Below are positions 10,691-22,880 of a stretch of 44,580 bases of DNA, in pieces; positions within the stretch are counted from its first letter, which is position 1; each line of letters opens with the position of its first letter. Made by a program: the position numbers and the translations under genes. The stretch comes from Octopus bimaculoides (lineage: Eukaryota): NCBI RefSeq assembly GCF_001194135.2, contig NC_069005.1, positions 15,031,307 through 15,075,886 of the forward strand, written 5' to 3'. The notes beneath the pieces are model-generated. The model was not told where the DNA came from. It worked only from the letters and a program-made list of their open reading frames with translations, and did not search any database.

Positions 10691-13401
10691 TATTCTATAC
10701 ATATTCACACAAATTTGAAACAAAATATATAATATATATATATATATATATATTTATATCCATGAGAGTTAGAGGTTGGGAAGCCAACCAACTAAGGGAT
10801 AGTACCAGTTCACTTGTCTTTTCAAAAAAAGTATCAAAGTACAGCCCAGAACTTGGGGTTGGTGAGATACAGTAGTAATCAGAGCCTCCAAGAGAAATTT
10901 GGCAAGGTGATACTAGACAAAGGAGGGCAGGGTGTATGACCCATCATGTCCTTAAGTAAGGTACTTGCTATCACCATTTCTTCAATACATGCAGCTAAGA
11001 ATGAGTTGTGGCTGCAGAGGGGCACCTCACAGACTGACTTCTATTAGTCCACAATATTGCAAATAGGTGTCAGTAACTTATTAATAACTATAATATATCA
11101 TCATCATTTAATGTACATTGTCCATCCTGGTATGGGTTGGAAAGTGTGACCAGAACTGGCAAGCTGGCGGGGGGGGGGGAGGAGCTGCATCAGACTCCAG
11201 CTTGATTTGGCACGGGTTCTACAGCTGGATGCCCTTCCTAACACCAACCACTTTACAGAGTGTGCTGGGTGCTTTTATGTGTCACTGCACGGGTGCTTTT
11301 ATGTGACACCACCACAAGTGCTTGCACCACCAGAAGGATTGGTCTTAACACTTCTGCTACAGGATACGTGTCTTCTGTTATTATGATGATGATGATGAAG
11401 AAGAAGAGGGATGATGATAAAGACAAAGGGTGGTGATGAAAACAAAGTGTGAAGTGAGAGTAGATTGAAGAGGGGGAGGGAATATCTCCATAAATCACCG
11501 AAGCTGGTAAGGTATGGTACTTTATTTTGGACATCGTAGCATTTAGTTGATGAGAGGTGAACCAACTCCTGCATAAGATGCTAGTCTGTTCTATTTAACA
11601 TTCCCAGGAAATACAGGTACACTACCTATTTTCTAGTATCCTTGGTTCCAAAGCCCTGCTGGATTAACTATTTTGTCAGACTATTCATGGTCTGTATTAA
11701 CGATTCATCAACACACCTCTAACCTACTAATTGCATGCATCACATGTGTCTAAACAACCGTGAACTGCTAGAAACTTAAATTAATCATTCAGCATTTAAA
11801 GCAGCCGTATCTGACCAAAATATTCTACCTGTTTTATACTGCAACTGGCCAGATCTGGCCTCCCACACTTACCCTACAATATTATTCTAAAAATAAACAA
11901 TCACATCAATGAAATCTCAAAGCTCAAATCTCAATGCACGACTAATTCTTATCAATGTCAATAAATAAGCATTACATTTAACATTGAAATTTAAATGCCG
12001 AATCGTTAAACAAATACAGGATATCAAATATAAAGTATTTTTCAACAATTCTTCTTTCTGATATGGATCAGTATCTATGCCTGATACCACTGATGCTCTC
12101 GATTCTCTTATCAGCAGTAGACATAGCTAAGAGTAACTTTAAGCTAAATAAACAGAGGATCGCTTGGAATTTTGGTACAGCCACTAACAAGTGCAGTATT
12201 ATCAATGCATAATAAATACATGGTGCACATAATGGCACCTGTGGTTGGATAGTGAATTAGACAGGTATTTGTGAGAATTTCAATTCTTCCTTATGATTTA
12301 TCTGGATTAAAGGAAATCCTGGACTATCAGTTGCTGAAAAATCAATGGTATGCTAGTGTTAAACATATTCCCCTCCATAGCTAAGTGAAGATGGTGCTGA
12401 AGAATTAAATGTCTTGGCCCATATACACAAACCAAACCACAAACAGCAGATATGAACTCATCAATAAAATATACACACAGCTGTTTCACCCCTCATCATC
12501 ATCATTATCCTCATCATTTAACATCTGTTTTCCATGCTGGCATGGGTTGGACAGTTTGACCAGAGCTGGCAAGCAAGAGAGCTGTACCAGGTTCCAGTGT
12601 GATTTGGCTTGGCTTCTGTGGCTGGATGCTCTTCCTAATGCCAACCACTTTACATGGTATGTGAGGTGCTTTTACATGGTGCCAGCATGGGTGCTTAATA
12701 TGAAATAAAACCGTTAACATATTGTTAAGTCTAAATTTTGAACATCAATTCAGAACATACAAATATTAATTATATATTTCTCACACAGTATTTGATAATC
12801 TATTATAGGCATTAAACATACTTTGTGTTGCTGTGAACATGACATTCTGAATGTTTAAAAGAATCTGTTGAATTCAGAGAGCATGTGATGTGGTTGGCCT
12901 GAACAGTGTCTTAAATAGACTCAAATACTGATAACTTGCTCCAACATCATGTTCTCTTACTGGGTCTTTATTTAAGATAATCTTTACTGTAAAACTGAGC
13001 ATGTTTACAAATAAATAAATAAATAACAGATTCCGGTATATAGAATATTTCCCTGAAGGATGCTTGTTGGTTCGGAGATTCATAACAGAATTGCTGAGAA
13101 CATTTGTCTGCAAACAGTTGTTACAAGACTAAAAAAAAAAAAAAGAAAAAAGAAAAAAAAGAAATTCAAATTTTCTATACAAACTACATGTTCCCAATAT
13201 ATATACTATTTCTGTGAACAGAAATCTTTGAGAATTTACCAACTTTTCGTTCATCATCTTCCTGAAAATGGATTGCTTCCGGCTACATAGAAAACAAAAC
13301 AAAACACAGTGCTCTCATGAGGGTGTGCTAATTTGCATATCAGTGTTAGTTTGACAAATGTCCAGAGATGTTACTAACAACACAAACGTGACAGGATCTT
13401 C

Positions 13402-13608
13402 CTTTTATCTTTGTCAGTCACTAGACTGTGGCCATGCTGGGGCATCACCTTGAAGAATTGTAGATGGACTTATCGACGCCAGTACTTATTTTCTGTAAAG
13501 TCTGGTACTTATTCTATTGGTCTCTTTTGCTGAACTGCTAAGTTACAGGGACATAAACACACCAATACTGGTTGTCAAGTGGTGGTGGGACACACATGCA
13601 CACACATG

Positions 13609-13653
<45 letters not shown>

Positions 13654-13795
13654 CAGGCTTCTTTCTGTTGCTATCTACCAAATCCACTCACAATGCTTTG
13701 GTCAACCTGAGACTATAGTAGAAGACACTTATCCAAGGTGTGACACAGTGGGACTGAACCCAGAACCATGTAGATGGGAAGTAAGCTGTGTTGGC
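13402..13795 (-). mobile_element. SINE family B copy with internal (TA)n
   Basis: Reverse complement of the family B head, core and tail; (TA)n at about 13610-13650. Confidence 0.8.
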
Positions 13796-14183
13796 TGTTA
13801 TATCATTAGGTAGTGATTATATAAGATATACATTGTGCTCCAAAAATGAAAGTGATTTGTGAAGGATGTGGGCCATACATACCAGGACTATCAAGGCAAG
13901 AGTTTTATGACTCTTGTTCTTTTCTATCCTACCTGGCTCTTATTGTTGTTATTGTTTTCCATTTTGTTTTACACATCATTCTCATCATTTTACATCTACT
14001 TTCCATCCAGGCATGACCTGAATCAGCCTTCACAGATCAAATCAGCTCCCACTTGGAGTTACTTATCCTTACACACAGGTCAAGGCATCATACTGCTAAA
14101 TTCATTTTCAAGATCCTTGTATCTGATGGTTTCTAAGCCTCCTTCAGGTTGATGTTTTGCCATTGATATTAATATCGTTACAA

Positions 14184-15963
14184 GGCAGCAAGCTGTTAGA
14201 ATCATTAGCATGCCAAGCAAAATGCTTAGCAGCATTTCATCCATCTTTACAGTCTCAGTTCAAATTCTGCCAAAGTCAACTTTGCCTTTTGTCCTTTCAG
14301 GATCAATAGATTAAATACCAGTTGAGTACTCTCCCAAAATTTCAGGCCTTGTGCCTTTATTATTACTATTAGGACGCATGGCCTAATGGTTAGGGTGTTG
14401 CACTCATGAATGCGAGATCGTTTCAATTCCTAGACTGGGTAGTGTGTTGTGCTATCAAGCAAAACACTTCATCTCATGCTGCTCTGCAAATACTTTCACA
14501 CATAATGTGCAGTACACCATGCACCTGTTCAGGCAATGTCGATTTAGAGAAGAAAGTGAGCTAATGTGTGGCACATACACTTGTCATCATTATTATGATA
14601 ACTATTATTAAAGTGGCAAGCTGACAGAATCATTAGCATGCCAGACAAAATGCTAATCAGCAATTCGTCCAGTCTTTACATTCTGAGTTCAAATTCTGCT
14701 AAAGTCAACTATGCCTTTCATCTTTTTGGAGTCGATAGAATAAGCACTAGCTAAGCACTGGGGTCAATGCAATCTATTATCTCCTTCTCCCCAAATCTCA
14801 GGCCTTGTGCCTATAGTAGAAAGGATTATTGTTATCATTAACCCTTTCGTTACTGTATTTATTTTGAGATATTCTGTGTTTCTTTCAATTACTTTAAATA
14901 TAACAAAGAATTTAGTAAAATAACTTAGTTATCATTCAGCTAGTGTTAGGAACATAAATTGTGACTAAGGTTTGGTGGAAGATTTTAATTCAAAACTTAT
15001 GAAAACAAGACATTTGTACTCAGAGTCAGGGCCAGTTTCAGGCGGGCTGGTAACGAAAGGGCTAAGGCAGCAAGCCGGCAGATTCATTACCACCACACTA
15101 GACAAAATGCTTAGTGACATTTTTTTCGGATCTTCATGTTCAGAGTTCAAATTCTGGCAAGGTCAACTTTGCCCTTCATCCTTTCAATAAAATATGAACA
15201 CTGGGTTCAATGTAATCATCTCCCTCCCCCAAAATTTCAAGCCTTCTGCCTATAATAGAATGAATTATTCTTTGTATTGCCACATGCAGGTTGCTGGCCA
15301 TGCACGGGTGTGCCCTTCATGCTAATGACAATGAAACACCACAAGGCAGAAACCTAACAGAATCATTACCATATCAGGGAAAATATTTAGTAGCATATCT
15401 GCTGGCTTTTTACATACTGAGTTCAAAGCCTGCCAAGGTCAATCATTTAAAAAAAAAATTCTTTTGGTATCAATAAAACAAAAAGTACCAGTCAAGTACT
15501 GGGATTGATACAATTAACTTCTTTCCCTCAAAAATTGCTGGCCTTGTGCCAAAATTAGAAAGAATTATTATTATCATTAAGGCAGTGAGCTGGCAGAACT
15601 GTTAGAATGTACAGATGGGTGAAATGCCACTAAGCATTTTGCCCAGCATGCTGAGTTCGAATTCTGCCAAGATCAATGTAATTGACTTACTCCTTCCCTG
15701 AAATTTCAGGTCATGTGCTAAAATTAGAAAGTATTATCATTATTATTATTATTATTATTATCAAGGTGGCGAGCTGGCAGAGTCGTTAGCATGTCAGGCG
15801 AAATGCTTAGCGGTATTTCATCTGCCGCTACATTCCGCTGAGGGCGATTTTGCCTTTCATCCTTTCAGGGTCGATAAATTAAGTACTAGTTGAGTACCAG
15901 GGTTGATGTAATCAACTAGCCCCCTCCCCCCAAATTTCAGGCCTTGTGTCTACAGCAGAAAGG

Positions 15964-15968
<5 letters not shown>
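14184..15968 (+). mobile_element. Cluster of six same-orientation family A SINE copies, with one family C SINE (about 14371-14585) and a MITE
   Basis: Family A heads near 14184, 14612, 15066, 15345, 15580 and 15765, most followed by (ATT)n-like tails. Confidence 0.85.
14842..15061. mobile_element. Second TTAA-type MITE family (220 bp)
   Basis: TTAA (14838-14841), then ccctttcgttac ... gtaacgaaaggg (12-bp perfect TIR), then CTAA. Confidence 0.85.
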
Positions 15969-16002
<34 letters not shown>

Positions 16003-16008
16003 AGCAAC

Positions 16009-16059
<51 letters not shown>

Positions 16060-16070
16060 GGCAGCAGCAG
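15962..16070 (+). repeat. Compound trinucleotide microsatellite (ATT)n-(AGT)n-(GGT)n-(GCA)n
   Basis: Seen directly in the sequence. Confidence 0.95.
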
Positions 16071-16459
16071 CACAACCATTTATCAAAGGCTTTTGAATTT
16101 GTAGAAAATAAAACCAGCTAATTTTTTTTTATGGCATCTTTAATTCTAGATGAAAATTGTAGAGTAAAATTGACAGGCTTTCTTCAGCTGGGGAAGGAGA
16201 TGCATCAACTGCCTCCATCAAAACATTCAATATAAACCAAACAAGATTAAACAACATCAGTATAAGTCAAAAGCTATTAATGAAAAGCAGACTATGTGGT
16301 TGCTTGATCTGTTAGAAATAGCAGCCAAATTCCTCACAAATAACACATTACCACTTTACTATATCAAAATATGGTAAAACACATTAGATTATGTTGTTCT
16401 AGACACACTAATAAATATGTACAAAAAATGTACATTTACACATATGTACTCATGCATTT

Positions 16460-17454
16460 ACATATTTACATATACTCACACACACGTGTATATACATATA
16501 CACACAGACGTGTATATACATACACACACAGACGTGTATATACATACACACACATACGTGTATATACATACACACACGTGTATATACATACACACACAGA
16601 CGTGTATATACATACACACACACATATGTGTATATACACACACATACATGTATATACACACACATACATGTATATACACACACATACATGTATATACACA
16701 CACAGACACATACATGTGCAAATACATACAGACATATACATGTGCATANNNNNNNNNNNNNNNNNNNNNNNNNNNNNNNNNNNNNNNNNNNNNNNNNNNN
16801 NNNNNNNNNNNNNNNNNNNNNNNNNNNNNNNNNNNNNNNNNNNNNNNNNNNNNNNNNNNNNNNNNNNNNNNNNNNNNNNNNNNNNNNNNNNNNNNNNNNN
16901 NNNNNNNNNNNNNNNNNNNNNNNNNNNNNNNNNNNNNNNNNNNNNNNNNNNNNNNNNNNNNNNNNNNNNNNNNNNNNNNNNNNNNNNNNNNNNNNNNNNN
17001 NNNNNNNNNNNNNNNNNNNNNNNNNNNNNNNNNNNNNNNNNNNNNNNNNNNNNNNNNNNNNNNNNNNNNNNNNNNNNNNNNNNNNNNNNNNNNNNNNNNN
17101 NNNNNNNNNNNNNNNNNNNNNNNNNNNNNNNNNNNNNNNNNNNNNNNNNNNNNNNNNNNNNNNNNNNNNNNNNNNNNNNNNNNNNNNNNNNNNNNNNNNN
17201 NNNNNNNNNNNNNNNNNNNNNNNNNNNNNNNNNNNNNNNNNNNNNNNNNNNNNNNNNNNNNNNNNNNNNNNNNNNNNNNNNNNNNNNNNNNNNNNNNNNN
17301 NNNNNNNNNNNNNNNNNNNNNNNNNNNNNNNNNNNNNNNNNNNNNNNNNNNNNNNNNNNNNNNNNNNNNNNNNNNNNNNNNNNNNNNNNNNNNNNNNNNN
17401 NNNNNNNNNNNNNNNNNNNNNNNNNNNNNNNNNNNNNNNNNNNNNNNNNNNNNN

Positions 17455-17510
<56 letters not shown>
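16460..17510. repeat. CA/TA-rich minisatellite (20-24-bp units) spanning an assembly gap (N 16749-17454)
   Basis: Units such as acacacagacgtgtatatacat repeat up to the gap; (TA)n(CA)n follows it. Confidence 0.9.
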
Positions 17511-17511
<1 letters not shown>

Positions 17512-17879
17512 ATATAGGCATATCCATACACTATACACATACATACATAGAAACACACGTGCATACGCATATACTTACAGACATGTACAGACAGACAGAG
17601 AGAAACAAACGTCTGATCACAGCTGAAACAGTTTTTGATTATAGATCTGGTGGATCAAGGCTAACCTGTTCTTAAACAAATCAGTCAAAACAGAAAAAAA
17701 ACCCCAGACATTTCTGACCCAGTTTATTTCACCTGTGTGAAACAAAACAAACATTGCTACCAGAAACAGTTTGCATTTACTGGTTTCCCAGCAAAGATCG
17801 AAGACAGAATGAAAACTGAATGGGGTTGCATCAGGTATTGAAACAGTTTGCTTCATGCTCTTGCTTGATGGGGCAGGGG

Positions 17880-18180
17880 GTCATCCCAGGTTAGTGGCCC
17901 CAGAGACACAATCATGCATAGAGCTGAACAGGTTCACCAATGCTCTCCCATTGCTGGCCATCCCAAGCCAGTCCCTCTGCAACCCCAAGGTGACATCAAG
18001 CCTCTGGAGATCTTCCCCAATCATGCCCAGCCATCTGGTGCAGGGCCTGCTATGAGGCCTCTTCCAGCCTGCAGCTGTTGCGCTGAATGAGAGTAAAGCT
18101 CTGGTACGATGATCTAGCAGATGGAGGGCATGTCCATACCAGCTATGAGGTGGGACACTGCAGACTGATGCATGCACGCA
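17880..18180 (-). pseudogene. RTE-clade LINE ORF C-terminal fragment
   Basis: Minus frame reads SWYGHA...RALL...WKRPHSRPCTRWLGMIGEDLQRL, the typical W.GHV.R...KRP.GRP..RW...I..DL end of RTE ORFs. Confidence 0.7.
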
Positions 18181-20160
18181 TCAGTGAAACAGAGAAACTA
18201 AATGATTTCAGCAAAGGAACTTTTGTTTCATTTCCCCAAGTCTTACTTGGTTGAGCATAGACTTAGTGTTGTTGACGATTTGCCAAAAGAAGCAGACTTG
18301 AAATTATAAAACATCATGATTTACAGCTGAAGCATACAAAATTGTCTCCTCGGATTAAGGAAATCTGCTGTAGTCGCCAGGCACAAGATTCTCATTAAAG
18401 TCATTTTCATTTTCTTAGTCAATAATGTACTTTTTTGTAATCAGTACTTAATAAAAGATTTACTGGTAGATTCTTTTGTATTAAATAATTGTGAAAAGAT
18501 ATTAAAAATATTGTGGTTTTTTTCCAACCACTGATGGGGTATACATTCTTCTGGAAAGTTATAGTGGGGCCTAGGGGAAAATAGGTTGGGAAACACTGAA
18601 CTAAACCCTTCATGGTGGTGCCGTAGCATGGCCAATGGTCGAAACAAGCTAAAGTTCTAGCAGCAGAAAACACTGAAGTTGAAGAAAACACATGATGCAT
18701 ATGGAGAGACTATTTACCAAACAAAAATCACACACGTTTTTATATTATTTCAGAGAAAGAAAATTTTCAGAAAAAATTCTCAATATTGAGGAGGAATGGC
18801 AGATTGGTGGGGATTATAATGTTAGAGGAAATGAAAATAAAGAAATTTAAAAAATAACAACATTGAGAAAAAAAAAAACCACACAGCAAAGTATGAGAAC
18901 CACAACATTTGTTTGTGGTTCTCTAGCAACAGTTATTTGTTCTCAAATCAGATATGTTAATCTCTTCAGTTATTAGGCCATCTGCTCCATCCATTGATAG
19001 CAATACCATTAGAACTGGTGAAATGCCAATAATTATAGCCCCATCACCATCACCATTACCACCATGTTTCCTTGATATGACAAGAGATAGAGAATAGAGA
19101 AAATGAGAAGCAGTATTTAGCATTTTCTTGATAGGCATATGGCCAAGTTTTTTGGCAGGAGAGACCTCCAGCATATCACTGGTAATGAATGACAAGAGTC
19201 AACCCAGATAGAATTTGAACTCTCTGATACAGTTGCTATTATTAACTCATCGAGAATATATGTTTTTTTTATTTTTTCATTTCCTTCCTTTCTACCATAG
19301 GTACAAGGCCTGAAACTTTGCAGGAGGGTGTTAGTTGATTACATCAAGTCCAGTGCTCAACTGGTACTTATTTTAATTGACTGTGAAAGGATGAAAAGTA
19401 AAGTCAACAACCCCAGTGGAATTTAAACTCAGAAAGTAAAGATTGATGTAATACTGCTAAGCACTTTGCCAGCTCACTGCTGTTAGATGTTAAAATCAAG
19501 AAGATCCATAATCAAAGACATCCCAGTTTGTGACCATCTCATCTTTTTAGGGGCATAAGGACCTATATTATCCACAGTCTCCTTTCTAATTTTTAAGATG
19601 ATATTATTTGATGGAAATTTTACTACTATTTCAAACTGGTTAAGTGACCACATAAATGATTCATCACCACAGTTGAATCGGTACAGTAAGTACAATTGAA
19701 TCAGTACAGAAAGCAAGTACCTTAAAATTCCATGTAGAATACACACATTTGTCTTTTTCACCAATATCAAGATTAAAATTAGGGGTGCTTATTATAAGTT
19801 TTCACCCAGCCACTTATATAAAAATGGTTAATTAAACATTATTTTAATGATATTTTTTTTATAATCATGCATGACTGTCAGTGCACTGATTGGAGGAAAT
19901 AGAAGAGTGCTAACCATATTTAGTGTTGTCATATCTCTGCAATCTGAATTCTGCCTGAGTTGACACTGCCTTCCATTGGTCAGAGATCAATAAAATATAT
20001 ACAAAAGGTGAGAATAGGCATGAAAACCAAATTGAAGACAGCAAGTTTGGCTTTTTTTTTTTAACCAACCTCTCCTCTTCTGAGGATTAAATGCTGATAC
20101 ATTACTGCACCAGCACTAGCATGGTTTCCATGGCTAGATGTCCTTCTGAACACCAATTAC

Positions 20161-20330
20161 TTTATAGAGTGTACCAGGTGCATTTATCAAAGCACAAGCA
20201 CTAGATAGAGATGTTATCATTTCCTCAACAAAACTAAAAGGTCTTCTCAATCTTGATATTTCCGATCTATCCTTTTGTTCAGCAACCATTTTACTGAATG
20301 TATTGGATGCTTTCAGTATTGGCACCAGTA
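20161..20330 (-). CDS. Candidate internal coding exon of an unidentified gene (LVPILKASNTFSKMVAEQKDRSEISRLRRPFSFVEEMITSLSSACALINAPGTLYK)
   Basis: 170 nt in non-repeat sequence with a single open frame; pyrimidine-rich acceptor ...ttgttttttAG and donor aaa|GTAATT; phase 1 in, phase 0 out. No homology recognised. Confidence 0.35.
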
Positions 20331-20794
20331 CTAAAAAACAATGTTCTATTAGAGAGAGAGAGAGAGGATAAAAAGGAGAAATAGATATACAAAAAGGGAG
20401 GCGGGGAGAAGAGATAGACAAGTTTTAGCAGCAGTAAAATCAGTCTTACCTACCTACTACTACAACAACCCAAATTACATGGATATCACTGAAGTATAAT
20501 TAATAGTGACTTTCAAGAGATAGTTAAACAATGACACATACACATGAAAATTATAACACAAAATTTTGTCTGTACATATATGTGTGTATCTAGTAAAATA
20601 CATTCTTTTGATCTAAGAATACACCATATATTGTATGTGATGTATTACTAAATCATTCAAAATATCCAAAATGTACTGAATAATGCATACTTAAATGTGT
20701 GTGTGCGTGTGTGTGTGTGTGTGCACATGTGTGTGTTAAACACATGATTTTAAGCATGTATAAGCATACAAAACTTTAGATTGGTATTTATCTT

Positions 20795-21187
20795 TGTTTC
20801 GTTCATTAGACTGCAGCCATGCTGCAGCACCACCTTGAAAAATTTTTTTTTAGTCAAAACAAATTGATCCCAGTAATTATTTTTGTTTTTTAAGCCTGGT
20901 GCCTATTCTATCAGTCTCTTTTTGCTGAACTGCTGGATTACGGGGCCATAAACATACAAGCACCAGTTGTCGGGCAGTGGTGAAGGACAAACAGACACAA
21001 TGACATACACACACACACATACAATGGGCTTCTTTCAGTTTCTGTCTACCAAATCTATTCATGAGGCTTTGGTCAGCCCAAAGCTACAGAAGAAGACACT
21101 TACCCAAGGTGTCATACAGTGGGACTGAACCCAGGACCATGTAGTTGAGAAGCAAGCTTCTTACCACACAGCTACATCTGTACCTAT
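20795..21187 (-). mobile_element. SINE family B copy
   Basis: Reverse complement of the full family B structure, with a (CA)n core. Confidence 0.8.
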
Positions 21188-21894
21188 GGTATGTTTGTAT
21201 AAAATGTATATATCTTGTATACTAAATTTAGACATACATGTGTGCATTTAAGATGCGCTCCCTTGACCACAGAATACATCTCAGATACATGCACACATTG
21301 GTGTATAACATAAAACAAGCCACCAAGGGAATCTTTGTACAAGGGGCTGTTCAACCTGCAAGAAATAGCAGCCAAAATCTCCCAAATCAAACCCTGCTGC
21401 CTTAAAAATGTAATGCAACATACATAATACATTAATAAAATGCAAAAACATCCCCAAAACTGTAAAATACAAATAAGATTGAAAACTTTACTCCCTGTGT
21501 GGCGCCATACCAAATGAACCATGATCTGGTGGTTGGGGACCCCTGCTCTATAGAATAAGATGAAGCAAGATATTGAACCTGTGGCCTAGTCCCAGTTACT
21601 ATATCATACATATCAAATTCATTAAAATCTTAAAACTTTGGTGGTATGGCTTTAAAAAAATCTCAGAAATATACTCTAGTCTATGTACATAGAAAACATT
21701 GTTATTATTCATACAAATATGAATGAGAGATTTAAAACTATTTTTCACATTCTGTGTTATATTTTATATTGAAGCTTGCCATTTCACACTATTTGTCTCA
21801 CCCGAGAAAGTAAGTCAACAAACTAACAAATACCACTTTGTGACAGAATAGTTTGATAGTGTGAAGGAGATTTATGTTTAAAAACCACTTAATC

Positions 21895-21938
<44 letters not shown>

Positions 21939-22199
21939 GCTCAACAAGCATGAAAAGTTAATGTTTAAAAGTTCATATCTTTGTTACATTTGATGTACAA
22001 AAACAAAAATCAGAAACCAAAGAAGAAAAAAAAACCTAAAAAAATCATCTTATTTTTCTCTTTCTCAGCTTGATATTTGCATATGAATTCATGTTGTTTC
22101 ACTGAGTATATTTCTGACACTTGTCAATGGGCAGGTTTAATACACAAAGAGTAAACATGTCTTGCTTGAGCAGTTTGTTGAAATAGGAGATTATATGAG

Positions 22200-22880
22200 A
22201 CAGGAGGAGACTACTCTGAATGTAGTGGGGAGAGAGGGAAAGAGAGGGAGCAGCTATTGAGGTTGGTAGCTATATGGTTGAAAAGGGCCATCGAGAAATG
22301 GTATGAAGGCAAAGAAAGGAGCAGAGCTGAATCCTCAAAGACAGTCATTAAGATGCTGAAAAACCTTGGAGAAATAGAGTTACTTAGATAAAGGGTAAAG
22401 ACCCTCTTCGGTCATGAATGACCATGGGACAGTACCTAGGAAGTTACCCTCTGAGTCACAAGTCCAGGCAAATTTGTTTATGGAAAACCAGCAGTTGCCC
22501 ATACATGCTATCCTTCCTCTCCAAGAGAAAGGGTAACGGCCAATACAGCTTGGCACCAGTGATGTCAGAACTCATTTCTATAGCTGAGTGAACTGGAGCA
22601 ATTTGAAATAAAGTGTCTTGCTCAAGAACACAATACACAGCTCAGTCTGAGAATCGAACCCACTACCTCATGGTTATGAGCCCAACACTAACCACAGGTA
22701 GTACAGGGAAACGTTATCCTCAATGACTGCTGTAAGAGAAAGGAATCGATTTAGAAAGGAACAATTATAGAGTTGTCAAATTGATGGACCAAGTTATGAA
22801 AGTAGCAGAAAGAATTATATCACAACTAATGAGGAAGACGAGATTGGATGCAGTTTGGACTTGTGCCAAGGTGGTGGGGT
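22200..22880 (+). pseudogene. Old RTE ORF fragment interrupted by an inverted family D-type SINE (about 22392-22695)
   Basis: Left piece resembles AI....MVEKAI..MK.GKA; right piece aattatagagttgtcaaattgatggaccaagttatgaaagtagcagaaagaatt reads NYRVVKLMDQVMKVAERI, followed by an MQFG-like remnant. Confidence 0.6.

Noticed and set aside
12874-13127. Strong minus-strand polypyrimidine acceptor at about 13127
   Set aside because: It may simply be an A-rich tract; there is no good donor, and the frame from the neighbouring candidate exon stops after two codons.
16371-17675. Long ORFs of 330-430 aa
   Set aside because: They run through the N gap and CA/TA repeats; artefacts.
18923-19195. 90-aa minus-strand ORF with an open antisense frame
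   Set aside because: No recognisable domain, partly low complexity, and phases do not fit the neighbouring candidate exons.
19500-19800. Possible pogo-like transposase remnant
   Set aside because: The motif resemblance is too weak and no TIR pair was found.
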